DNA from: Aulosira sp. ZfuVER01
GTDB lineage: Bacteria > Cyanobacteriota > Cyanobacteriia > Cyanobacteriales > Nostocaceae
DNA: 64,000 nucleotides
Direction of reading: 5' to 3'
Assembly: GCA_034530615.2 (NCBI GenBank)
Contig: JAVRCV020000034.1
Span: forward strand, 64,001-128,000
In this document: in pieces, positions 19,599-29,171 of the stretch
Position numbering within the stretch: the stretch's first letter is position 1
Layout: each line of letters begins with the position of its first letter
Notes under the pieces: model-generated
Told to the model about the DNA's origin: nothing
Databases searched by the model: none
What the model saw: only the letters and a program-made list of their open reading frames with translations
Made by a program: the position numbers and the translations under genes

Positions 19599-20194
19599 AG
19601 ACGACAATCAGACTAGCCAATGAAAAAGATGCATCCCCAATGCTGGCAATTTATGCACCGATTGTCCGCGAAACAACAATTTCTTTTGAATTAGAACCAC
19701 CTAGCGAAACTGAGTTTCAACAGCGGATCAAAAGCTATCAACAGCAGATGCCTTGGCTAGTTTGCGAAATCAATGGTGAGGTTGCAGGCTACGCTTATGC
19801 TAGCCCCCATCGTACCCGTGCTGCTTACCAATGGTCTGTAGAATCTTCCGTGTACGTCGGTAAGAATCATCGCCGAAAAGGAATTGCCAAAGCCTTGTAT
19901 ACTTCGCTGTTTAAGTTGCTGCAACTGCAAGGATTTTATAATGTGGTGGCTGCGATCGCTTTACCTAATCAACCCAGTGTAGCTGTACATGAGGCTGTTG
20001 GTTTTTTGCCTGTAGGTGTGTTTCATCGGGTTGGGTTTAAGTTTGGTAAGTGGCGTGATATAGGATATTGGCAGTTATCTCTAACTCATAGCAACAGTTA
20101 TACAGAACCGATAAACCCACCTATTTCTTTGCCAGAAATACAGAAATCGCCTCTGTGGGATGAAGCATTAACTAGTGGACTTTTGTTACTGTGA
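19595..20194 (+). CDS. GNAT N-acetyltransferase (phosphinothricin/arsinothricin acetyltransferase-like)
   Basis: ISFELEPP, GYAYA, R.AYQWSVESSVYV, N.PS..HE..GF and GFKFGKWRD; GTGA overlap start at 19595. Confidence 0.88.
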   Translation: MKTTIRLANEKDASPMLAIYAPIVRETTISFELEPPSETEFQQRIKSYQQQMPWLVCEINGEVAGYAYASPHRTRAAYQWSVESSVYVGKNHRRKGIAKALYTSLFKLLQLQGFYNVVAAIALPNQPSVAVHEAVGFLPVGVFHRVGFKFGKWRDIGYWQLSLTHSNSYTEPINPPISLPEIQKSPLWDEALTSGLLLL

Positions 20195-20315
20195 GTTTGA
20201 CTTTATACAGATAATAAAATCTCTAGTGTTTTATAGAATAGGTACTTGTCAATACTGACACCGTAAACAGCCAGTATAATATTGGACAGTCCATCTATTT
20301 ACCAGAAAGACTAAA

Positions 20316-23300
20316 ATGCGACAGTCCACTCCAGGTTCTCAACAAAACCTTGCTCAAAAAATTGCAAAGTGGAAAGCTGGACTGGCTGACTTGGGAAAAC
20401 GAAATCCTCTCATCAAGTTTCGGCAAGATAGCCCTCGAATTTTAGAAATTCTCACAGAAGAACCAGATGTTCTCTTCAACAGCCTTATAGAAGAGAAAAA
20501 ATCGCTGCGTTTTAGAATCGTTGATAGCGAATATCAAGATGTTATTCAGTCGAGAAAAACTAAAGCATTACCAGCAGAAAAAAATCCTCTTGAATTAATT
20601 ACTCGTCAAATAGGTAACGAGCAACTAAAACGGCTGAATAAATTGCGTCTTGAGGCGCGACGCTCATTTGAAGAACGAGGTGTAAACAGCTTATTTCTGG
20701 TGCTTGGAACATTGACTTGGTATGACAAAGATAAACCAGAGGATGCTTTGCTCTCACCATTGATTTTAGTTCCTGTAGAGTTAATTAAGGAACCTAGAAG
20801 AGATGCTTATAAAATATCTGTATTAGATGAAGATGTTGTATTGAATCCAACATTGGTACAAAAGTTAAAGCAAACTTTCGGGATTGAGTTTCCAGATGGA
20901 GAAGCTATACAAACACTAACTTATAACGAAATTATTGCTGAGATAAGGAAGCTATTAGCAGAACAAAAGACATGGCAAATTAAAGAGAATGTATTTCTTT
21001 CTCTATTTTCCTATGCAAAGGCTGCAATGGTTCGGGACATTATCGAAAATGAAGCTCGAATTTTTGCTCACCCAATTTTACAAGCAATTAGTGGCGATTT
21101 AACTAACTATCAGTCTAACTATAGAGAACCCCTACCTGCATCTGCTCTAGATTCACAAGTTAAACCTGAACGAATATTTCAAATTCTTGATGCTGACTCC
21201 AGCCAACAAGTCGTAATTGAAGCAGCAAAAGCTGGTTCAAGCTTCGTGGTTCAAGGGCCACCAGGAACGGGAAAAAGTCAAACTATTGTCAATATAATTG
21301 CGGAACTGATTGGCAATGGTAAATCAGTTTTATTAGTTGCAGAAAAAGAGACAGCGTTGAGTGTGGTTTATCAACGTATGGCTGAATGTGGTTTAGATCA
21401 TGTCTGTCTTAATATTCACCACAGCGGTACAGATAAGCGAGAACTGATCAATAATTTATCAAAAACTATTGAATATATTAAACAAATTTATGTTGAAGAA
21501 AACAATCACCTTTTATTTGAGAGGCTGGTTTCTACTCGTCAATTACTAAATTTATATCTTACTAGCTTACATACTAAAGAAAAGCCTTTAGAAAAATCAC
21601 TTTTTGAGCTATTTGGTGAGCTTTTGCAAAAAGAACGTGAAGCAGTTTCCAGTATCAATGTCATATTTTCCAACTTCAGTCAATGGAATTATAGTAGATT
21701 ACAGGAAGCAAAAGCTTTGTTAAATCAATTAGCGCAATTCCTCCCTTTCTTCAAGAGAGAAAAAACAACTATTTGGGCAAAAAGCTCTCTAGATGTTTAT
21801 TCTTATGAGCTTGAATTACAAATTAGAGAAAAAATACAAGAATTTCAGCAAGCTATTTTTTCAGCCAAAAAAATTAATCAAGAATTGCAAGAAACTCTAA
21901 AAATTCAAAGTTTGTTGAATTTAGAGTGTCTAGAAAAGTTTTATACTACCCTAGAACACATACAAAAAGCTCCATTAAATTTACCAGAAAACTGGACTAA
22001 AGTTGATATATCGATTTCTCAAAATGCTTTTAATATTCTGCAAATAGACGTTCAAGAAATCGAAAGAAATCAGCTTTCGTCAGAAGCACAAAACTTACTG
22101 GGTCGGCTTGCTTCATTTCTACCTTTTTTAAGAGGAGAAAAAACAACTATTTGGGCGCAAAGTACTTTGAAATCTTGTTCGGAGACGTTGGAGTTAGAAA
22201 TCAATCATAAAATCAATAAATTTCAACAAGCAATTTCTTTGATTCAGAGAGCTAATCAACATATCTTATCAATTATTAGGAATCAATCTTTGTTGAATTT
22301 GGCAAATTTAGTAGACTGCTTTCCTGTACTTCAACATATACTGAAAGCTCCAGATAATTTACCTAATAATTGGGCTGAATGGAATATTGCAAATATTCAG
22401 GAGAATTTTAGGAAGTTACAAAGCGATGTTAAATACCTGGAAGAAAATGAGCCACTTCTAAAACAAAAATATCGTCCTGAGTTGTTTTCCTCAGAATTAC
22501 CTGCTTTAGCTAATCGATATCAGAAATATAGTCGCTTTTGGTTAATTAGAATTTTTAATCCCAGATATAGACGCGATATTAAGCTTTTGAAGAAACTAAG
22601 CCTTAAAGAAGGACAGATTTCTCACAACGAATTAAAACGTGATTTGTTACAAGCCGTTCAAATACAAGCCGCACGAAATGAGCTATATCAAAGCAATTAC
22701 CCAGCCTGCCAGGTTTTTGGCTCTTTATTTAACCCAAAAGTTTCTAGTGAAGCAGAATTAAAAGGAATTGAACAAGCCTTAAGTTGGTTTACTGGCTTAC
22801 AAAAGTATTCACTTTCTGCTGAGTCAGTCCAAAACATTCTCAATTCTCCTTCTAAGCGAGGCGAACTAGCTGAAATAGTTAAACAACTTGAATTACTGAC
22901 TGAAGATATTAAGGAGGGTATGAATTTCTTATTCTCATACTTTAATGAGAATGATATTACTGGACAATATGTGCCCCCCAATCAAATTTTATTTACTGAA
23001 ATAGCAAATTTTTTAAACATAGCTCAATCCAATTTATCCGACTTCCGTAAATGGTTGACATATAAAGAAATATATGAGCAATTAGAAATTTTAGGAGTTC
23101 ACGATTTCTTAAATGCTTTGCGAGATAACAAACCTAATCCTATTTTGGCTGTGCGCAATAGGCTACGTCATATGGACTACCAGCCTCGCCAGGTTTTTGG
23201 CTCTTTATTCAATCCAGAAGTTTCTAGTGAAGCAGAGTTAAAAGAAATTGAACAAGCTTTAAATTGGTTGATTGGCTTACAAAAGTATTCACTTCCTGCT

Positions 23301-25244
23301 GATTCCGTTCAGCGCGTTATAAGTTCTCCTGCTAAACGGCGCGAACTTGCTGAATTAGTTAAGAAATATGAGTCAGTTTATCACAGTATTAAACAAGGAT
23401 TAGATTTCTTATTATTGCACTTTAATGAAAGTGACATTACAGATTCTTACCTACCTCGTCATCAAATTAATTTTGTTGAACTAGAAACATTCTTAAACTT
23501 GGCTCAATCTGAACTACCTTATTTTCAAGAATGGCTGACTTATAAAGAAACCTACCAAAAACTCGAGAATCTTGGTAACAATAAATTCTTGGATACTTTG
23601 CGTGACAACCAGATTGAGCCAGAGAAGTGGTTTCCAGTTCTTGAAAAACGAATTTATCAAATATGCCTTGATGCTATTCTTGCCAGAAAACCTGAGTTAA
23701 AAAATTTTAACTTTGAAGTACACGAACGACAAATCAAGGAGTTTTCTCAACTCGATTATAATCAACTAGATACTGCTAGAGAGCATCTAAAACAACTTCA
23801 TGTACAACGCTGGCAAAACTGGGAAAAGACTTCACTGGCTGAAGCTGAATTGCCAAATTTGAAAAGAGAAACGAATAAGAGAAGCCGACATTTGCCCATC
23901 CGTAAACTCCTCAACGATACACAAAAGGGGATGCCAAATTTAGTCAAAGCTTTAAAGCCTTGCTGGATGATGAGTCCGCTTTCAGTTAGCCAATACATTA
24001 ATGCAGATGTAGTTCATTTTGATGTTCTCATTTTTGATGAAGCATCTCAGCTTCGGACTGAAGATGTTGTGCCTTCGATTATCCGTTCTAATCAAGTTAT
24101 TGTAATTGGCGATAAACAACAGCTTCCTCCGACTTCATTCTTTTCAACCGGAGACAGCGAAGAAGATAATAATGATGAGGATGATGCAAGCTATGAAAGC
24201 GTTTTAGATGAATGTTCAAATTTTATGTTTGGGCGAACGCTGAAATGGCATTATCGCAGTCAAGATGAGCGTTTAATAGCTTTTTCTAATAAGTATTTTT
24301 ATGACTCTCAATTAGTTACATTTCCAAACCCAATTCAGAATCAGGATTTGGGGGTATGGTTCCGACACGTTCCTGATGGTGTATACGATCGCGGTGGACG
24401 CAGAGATAATAGACGTGAAGCACAAGTAGTTGCTCAGTTAGCCTTAGAACATTTTCAACGGTTTCCTGAACAATCACTTGGTATTATTGCGTTTAGCGAA
24501 GCTCAAGCCGATGCGATTCAGCAGCAAATTGAGATTTTAGGCAAAGAAAATCCGGAATTGGAGATATTTTGCAGCGATAACTCACCGCAGTTTTTTCTCA
24601 AAGCACTGGAAAACGTTCAGGGTGATGAGCGAGATGCAATTATACTCAGCGTAGGCTATGCTCGTGACGATCAAGGTAAGCTTTCTCTTAACTTTGGCCC
24701 TTTAAATCGCCAAGGTGGAGAAAGACGGCTCAATGTAGCTGTAACGCGGGCAAAAAGTAAAATTACTCTGGTTTCTTCCATATTAGCTGGTGATATTGAT
24801 GTAACACGTTCCCAAAGCAAAGGTGTACAAGCACTGCGTAATTACTTGGAATATGCAGCGAGTGGTGGAGAAAGACTGCAAGGAAACTTTTACACAGATA
24901 CGCTTCAGTTTGACTCGCCATTTGAAGAAGATGTCTACCATGCTTTAGTCCAACAGGGATACACTATCCGCACTCAAGTTGGATGCTCAGGATATCGGAT
25001 TGACCTAGCTGTGGTTAATAATAAGCACCCAGGAGAGTTTTTGCTGGGGATTGAGTGTGATGGTGCATCTTACCATAGTTCCCCCACTGCCAGAGATCGC
25101 GATCGCCTCAGACAACAGGTGTTGGAAAGGCTAGGTTGGAAAATTCATCGGATTTGGTCAACAGACTGGTTTCGTAATAAACCTGTTCAAGTTCGTCTAC
25201 TGATAGAAAGAATCAAACAAGTACAACAATTAAAAAATTTGTAA
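20316..25244 (+). CDS. DUF4011 + SF1 (Upf1/DNA2-like) helicase + Vsr/very-short-patch-type nuclease protein (Hhe-like defence architecture)
   Basis: WK..LADL..RNPL, DADSSQ, QGPPGTGKSQT, MMSPLSV, FDEASQ, GDKQQLPP, WHYRS, ENVQGDERD, RRLNVAVTRA; C-terminal SPFEE...RIDLAV...GIECDG...RIWSTDW. Confidence 0.88.
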   Translation: MRQSTPGSQQNLAQKIAKWKAGLADLGKRNPLIKFRQDSPRILEILTEEPDVLFNSLIEEKKSLRFRIVDSEYQDVIQSRKTKALPAEKNPLELITRQIGNEQLKRLNKLRLEARRSFEERGVNSLFLVLGTLTWYDKDKPEDALLSPLILVPVELIKEPRRDAYKISVLDEDVVLNPTLVQKLKQTFGIEFPDGEAIQTLTYNEIIAEIRKLLAEQKTWQIKENVFLSLFSYAKAAMVRDIIENEARIFAHPILQAISGDLTNYQSNYREPLPASALDSQVKPERIFQILDADSSQQVVIEAAKAGSSFVVQGPPGTGKSQTIVNIIAELIGNGKSVLLVAEKETALSVVYQRMAECGLDHVCLNIHHSGTDKRELINNLSKTIEYIKQIYVEENNHLLFERLVSTRQLLNLYLTSLHTKEKPLEKSLFELFGELLQKEREAVSSINVIFSNFSQWNYSRLQEAKALLNQLAQFLPFFKREKTTIWAKSSLDVYSYELELQIREKIQEFQQAIFSAKKINQELQETLKIQSLLNLECLEKFYTTLEHIQKAPLNLPENWTKVDISISQNAFNILQIDVQEIERNQLSSEAQNLLGRLASFLPFLRGEKTTIWAQSTLKSCSETLELEINHKINKFQQAISLIQRANQHILSIIRNQSLLNLANLVDCFPVLQHILKAPDNLPNNWAEWNIANIQENFRKLQSDVKYLEENEPLLKQKYRPELFSSELPALANRYQKYSRFWLIRIFNPRYRRDIKLLKKLSLKEGQISHNELKRDLLQAVQIQAARNELYQSNYPACQVFGSLFNPKVSSEAELKGIEQALSWFTGLQKYSLSAESVQNILNSPSKRGELAEIVKQLELLTEDIKEGMNFLFSYFNENDITGQYVPPNQILFTEIANFLNIAQSNLSDFRKWLTYKEIYEQLEILGVHDFLNALRDNKPNPILAVRNRLRHMDYQPRQVFGSLFNPEVSSEAELKEIEQALNWLIGLQKYSLPADSVQRVISSPAKRRELAELVKKYESVYHSIKQGLDFLLLHFNESDITDSYLPRHQINFVELETFLNLAQSELPYFQEWLTYKETYQKLENLGNNKFLDTLRDNQIEPEKWFPVLEKRIYQICLDAILARKPELKNFNFEVHERQIKEFSQLDYNQLDTAREHLKQLHVQRWQNWEKTSLAEAELPNLKRETNKRSRHLPIRKLLNDTQKGMPNLVKALKPCWMMSPLSVSQYINADVVHFDVLIFDEASQLRTEDVVPSIIRSNQVIVIGDKQQLPPTSFFSTGDSEEDNNDEDDASYESVLDECSNFMFGRTLKWHYRSQDERLIAFSNKYFYDSQLVTFPNPIQNQDLGVWFRHVPDGVYDRGGRRDNRREAQVVAQLALEHFQRFPEQSLGIIAFSEAQADAIQQQIEILGKENPELEIFCSDNSPQFFLKALENVQGDERDAIILSVGYARDDQGKLSLNFGPLNRQGGERRLNVAVTRAKSKITLVSSILAGDIDVTRSQSKGVQALRNYLEYAASGGERLQGNFYTDTLQFDSPFEEDVYHALVQQGYTIRTQVGCSGYRIDLAVVNNKHPGEFLLGIECDGASYHSSPTARDRDRLRQQVLERLGWKIHRIWSTDWFRNKPVQVRLLIERIKQVQQLKNL
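21690..23620 (+). repeat. Two intragenic tandem duplications (378-bp and 480-bp periods)
   Basis: AAACAACTATTTGGG at 21763 and 22141; AGGTTTTTGGCTCTTTATT at 22711 and 23191. Confidence 0.85.
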
Positions 25245-25279
25245 AGAAAATTGTAGGGAGTAAGAAGCGCGTCTATTTT

Positions 25280-25864
25280 TTAAGCCGAACTTCCGCTTTC
25301 TCCAGTCATGACAGCAGCTGTAATTAAATGAGCTAACCGTAAAGCTTCTGGTACTTTGCCACAGTCAGTTAAGCATTGCAGCACCTTGGCTACTACAGCA
25401 GGTTCTTCACCGCTAACTTGAAAGAAAAAGGGTGAATAATCATAAATCGGGCCTGCTTGCTGCAAAAGTTTCTGTCGTTGCGGGAAATCTGGCAAATTAC
25501 TCATTGCTTCTGCAACAGCAGCTAAATCGGGTTGGCGGCGCATCAGGGTGACACAGGGTAATTGCAGGCGCAAGGCTAATTCTGGAAGATTGATAACATT
25601 AAACCCACCAAACCCAATTCCATCTAAGAGCAAGATATGTAGTTGTGGTAAAAACTTCCTCCCTATCAACAACTTGCAGATGACTTCTGTTGCATCGAAA
25701 CCATCTTGTTGGATTTTTCCCCACACCATACCTTCAAATCGAGTTCCTGCACACACCACTCCGGCTATAGATACATTTTCATCAACACCCCGATTGAAAG
25801 GAGCATCATCGAAGCCAATAACGCGAATAGTACGATTGAGTTTCAGTAGAGATTCGAGCTTCAT
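25280..25864 (-). CDS. DUF99 family (endonuclease dU / EndoV-like) protein
   Basis: IGFDDAPF, DG.DAT, LLDGIGFGGFNV and PEALRLAHLI motifs. Confidence 0.85.
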   Translation of the reverse strand: MKLESLLKLNRTIRVIGFDDAPFNRGVDENVSIAGVVCAGTRFEGMVWGKIQQDGFDATEVICKLLIGRKFLPQLHILLLDGIGFGGFNVINLPELALRLQLPCVTLMRRQPDLAAVAEAMSNLPDFPQRQKLLQQAGPIYDYSPFFFQVSGEEPAVVAKVLQCLTDCGKVPEALRLAHLITAAVMTGESGSSA

Positions 25865-25902
25865 TAAGCTGTTGTTTGCTGGCTTATCTAACTTGTTATG
25901 GA

Positions 25903-26676
25903 TTAAGGCATCGTACCAAAAACTTCATTACATTCCGTTGCAACGCGCTGGTGAGACTGCATTAACTGCGCTGCGGAGCGATCGATTCCCATACCATAAC
26001 GCCATTCCCCATTGAGATATAACCAGGTTGGCACCTGACGCACAAGATCGCGATCGCCTTCAAAATCAATTTTCCCTTGCTTGAGAGCAGAATTTAGATG
26101 AGTAAAGCCCATCCAGACATGAGTAAAAGCACTCAGATCGGCTGATACTAAGACATCGACTTTAAAACCTGGATCTTTTTGGCAGACATCCACCTCTCTC
26201 TCCTCAATTACCAACCACCAACTACGCTGGGTTTTGCGCCCTTTGGTTAATCCACGAAAGTTAAACTGAAGCACAATTTTTTGTGCTGGTACAGCCTCAA
26301 CATTGATTCGCCGCCGCATACCCCACATCAACAAGGCATCATCCAAGTCTTCTGGGGCAATTTGTTCGCTTCCCCATTGTTGTGCCCAAACCCCCATCGC
26401 TTCAATAATGGGTCGCAGGGCTTCTCCGGCGGGTGTGAGTATATACTCGTATCCTTGACCTGTCTCTTTTTCATGGCTAACTACAACCCCCAATTTCTCA
26501 AGTTCTTTGAGTCGTTGAACTAGGAGGGCACGAGACATTAATGGTACGCCTCGGCTAATGTCATTAAAGTAACGATTGCCATACAGCATTTCTCGCAACA
26601 CCAAAGGATTCCAGCGCTCGGCAAGTACTTCGGCAGCCTTTGCCACCGGGCAGAATTGACCATATCCCTTTTTCAT
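25903..26676 (-). CDS. HxlR-family winged-helix regulator with C-terminal SCP2-like domain
   Basis: YGQFCPVAKAAEVLAERW...Y.LTPAGEAL; start trimmed to ATG 26676. Confidence 0.87.
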   Translation of the reverse strand: MKKGYGQFCPVAKAAEVLAERWNPLVLREMLYGNRYFNDISRGVPLMSRALLVQRLKELEKLGVVVSHEKETGQGYEYILTPAGEALRPIIEAMGVWAQQWGSEQIAPEDLDDALLMWGMRRRINVEAVPAQKIVLQFNFRGLTKGRKTQRSWWLVIEEREVDVCQKDPGFKVDVLVSADLSAFTHVWMGFTHLNSALKQGKIDFEGDRDLVRQVPTWLYLNGEWRYGMGIDRSAAQLMQSHQRVATECNEVFGTMP

Positions 26677-26700
26677 AGCGCATTTCGGAAGATAACAAGA

Positions 26701-26721
26701 CAGGTTCAGATATTGAACTTG
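26701..26721. promoter_or_regulatory. Putative operator between the divergent HxlR regulator and acyl-CoA dehydrogenase genes
   Basis: CAGGTTCA-GATAT-TGAACTTG inverted repeat (1 mismatch). Confidence 0.55.
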
Positions 26722-26780
26722 TAGCACCCTATTAAACAAATCAGAATGAAAGTATCACAAGACTTAAAGGAAATATTTTT

Positions 26781-27932
26781 ATGTCTGAACTACACACTAT
26801 CCCTACGATGGAGCCGCAAGCTGTCGATTGGTTATCCTTGGCAGAGTCTTTAGGAAAACAATTTGCAGCCAGAGATACTGAAGCAGATGAGTCTGACTTA
26901 TTTGTTGCTGATAACATTGCCAGATTGAAAACAACTGGATTAATTGCTGCGGGTGTTCCAATTGAATTGGGTGGTGGCGGAGCCAGCTATACAGATCTTT
27001 GCGCCGTGCTGCGGATTTTAGGTCGCTATTCCAGTTCAACAGCACTTGCTTTTTCAATGCATACTCATCAGGTGATGGTACCAACCTGGCGATGGCATCA
27101 TCAAAATGCTCCAGTTGAGGGATTGCTTAAGCGGGTGGCGACTGAGCAACTTGTACTTCTCAGCAGTGGCGGATCGGATTGGTTACAGAGCAGCGGCTCG
27201 GCTATCAAAGTAGAAAATGGATTTGTGATTACAGCTCGCAAAGTATTTGCTAGTGGTGCGCCTGCTGCGAATTTATTAATGACCAGTGCTGTTTATAAAG
27301 ACCCAGAAAGAGGTTCTACAGTCTTACATTTTGCGGTTCCTATGAATAGTCAGGGCGTTTCTATTGAGTCAACTTGGCAAGCAATGGGAATGCGGGGAAC
27401 AGGTTCTCATGATGTTGTCCTCACCGATGTTTTTGTTCCGGATGCTGCCGTGACTTTGCGACGAGAGCAAGGCAAGTGGCATTTTATTTTCCATCTCATC
27501 TCGATGATCGCCATTCCGTTAGTTTATTCGGTTTATGTGGGAGTTGCCGAAGCGGCGCGCGATCGCGCGGTTCAACTGGCAAGAAAACGCTACACGGATG
27601 AACATCTCTGCTATATGGTGGGAGGTTTAGACAACGAATTAACGGCGGCAAAATTAGCACTTGAACACATGATTTCTACTGCTGTGGTGAGCCAACCTAG
27701 CTTTGAGATTACGAACCAAATCATGACAGGACGGGCACTAGTTGCCAAAGCCGTGCTAAATGTCGCTGATTTAGCAATGGAAATTGCCGGGGGAAGTGCG
27801 TTCTACCGCAAACTGGGTCTGGAGAAATTGTTCCGTGATGTGCAAGGTGCCCGCTATCATCCTCTGCGGGAGGAAGCGCAGCGTAAGTTATCGGGGCAAC
27901 TGGCGCTTGGGTTAGATATGTCTTCTTTATAG
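26781..27932 (+). CDS. Acyl-CoA dehydrogenase / flavin monooxygenase family protein
   Basis: ELGGGG, K.FASG, W.AMGMRGTGSHDV and LEKLFRDV motifs. Confidence 0.88.
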   Translation: MSELHTIPTMEPQAVDWLSLAESLGKQFAARDTEADESDLFVADNIARLKTTGLIAAGVPIELGGGGASYTDLCAVLRILGRYSSSTALAFSMHTHQVMVPTWRWHHQNAPVEGLLKRVATEQLVLLSSGGSDWLQSSGSAIKVENGFVITARKVFASGAPAANLLMTSAVYKDPERGSTVLHFAVPMNSQGVSIESTWQAMGMRGTGSHDVVLTDVFVPDAAVTLRREQGKWHFIFHLISMIAIPLVYSVYVGVAEAARDRAVQLARKRYTDEHLCYMVGGLDNELTAAKLALEHMISTAVVSQPSFEITNQIMTGRALVAKAVLNVADLAMEIAGGSAFYRKLGLEKLFRDVQGARYHPLREEAQRKLSGQLALGLDMSSL

Positions 27933-28218
27933 AGTTCTTTCTTTCATCTAGAGCCATCGCTCAGTTTTGGTGCGAGCAAACAAAGGAGCGATCGCTCATT
28001 TACTGCCAACTTTCTCAGCTACTCATAGACTAATAGTTCAACTTATTTTTGCGTGGCTTCTAGGGGAATTCCGGCTGTTCTGTTTTCTCAGTAATCTTAC
28101 TGAATTAAAAATTAGTTTTTAAAAAATAAAAAAATAGTTTAGTAATTATACGATGTTTTTATCTGAGGATGGTTGTACTTTTAGAGGTGCAACAGATTGA
28201 TGGAAGAAGATTTGATTT

Positions 28219-28506
28219 ATGAATTTATCAAATAAAGCTCAACTGAATAACAGTTTATTAAATCAAATACGATCTCAACTTGAGGGCATAGAAATACATG
28301 ATTCTAAGCTAGCTAGACTATTATGTAAAGTCATCCCTTCCCATTGTCCTTTTGAAAAAACTGTGACCCTTTTAGGTCGGACACTTTTTCATATCCCACC
28401 TTTATGTAAACTGAACCCTTTCTATGAAGAAATAATTGGCCTTCGCTTTAAGTGTTTATGTTATTTAGTAGATGAATGTGGTGAGGATGTGACCAAATAC
28501 TGCTAA
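28219..28506 (+). CDS. Mo-dependent nitrogenase C-terminal domain protein
   Basis: IPSHCPFE...IPPLCKLNPFY...LRF...DECGEDVTKYC. Confidence 0.88.
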   Translation: MNLSNKAQLNNSLLNQIRSQLEGIEIHDSKLARLLCKVIPSHCPFEKTVTLLGRTLFHIPPLCKLNPFYEEIIGLRFKCLCYLVDECGEDVTKYC

Positions 28507-28811
28507 TTAGTAGTGAGTAGGTTTCCTCAACAAAAATCAGCAAGAATTTTCAGACTAGGTTTTTAGCCTGATTCTAATGCTGTTGGACAAAAGCTTATAC
28601 TGAAGCAATAACAGTAAATTCACATAAGTTGTAGATAGCTTCTCAAAAAATCCAGTATATTCTCTTATGTCAATTTAGCTTCATGCTCAGTAGGATATAG
28701 CGAAATAGAGTTAGTTGGATCTGTCGTTACTCATCTAAATGTAGTAGTTTCAGCAGACAACAACTTATAAGTATCTTTTATAACTAACCATTGGGAAAAT
28801 ATCATCCCATC

Positions 28812-28842
28812 AAAAGCCCGGTCATCATGACTGGGTTTTTTG
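28812..28842 (+). terminator. Rho-independent terminator-like hairpin
   Basis: AAAGCCCGGTCAT-C-ATGACTGGGTTTTTT. Confidence 0.55.
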
Positions 28843-29046
28843 GTGAAAAAGGGCAAACTTTTTAAATAGGGAACACAGCGATCGCATCGCTGACACTTAA
28901 TACTATCCAGTTTTGGGGCTGTGCGATCGCTAGGAGCTAACTCCTCAAATTGCTGCTTCTTTGGCTGGTTACGACTTCATCCTAGATGCCTTATCTGTCG
29001 CAAACATTTTTTGAATTGGGATTATTTTTTAGGCTACCATTTACAT

Positions 29047-29070
29047 AAAAAGAAGTGGCAAAGCCACTTC
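29047..29070 (-). terminator. Terminator downstream of the metacaspase gene
   Basis: GAAGTGGC-AAA-GCCACTTC stem with a U-tract on the minus strand. Confidence 0.55.
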
Positions 29071-29171
29071 GTAATTCCCAGGTAGAACCTAGAAACGAGT
29101 ATAACCATTCTAAAAACTGCAAATCGTATAAATCAACACTGATTAACTGTATCTAAATATTTCAGTGCCGA

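Noticed and set aside
28219..28506. Nitrogenase (nif) gene
   Set aside because: Only the small, misleadingly named C-terminal domain family; no nif cluster is present.
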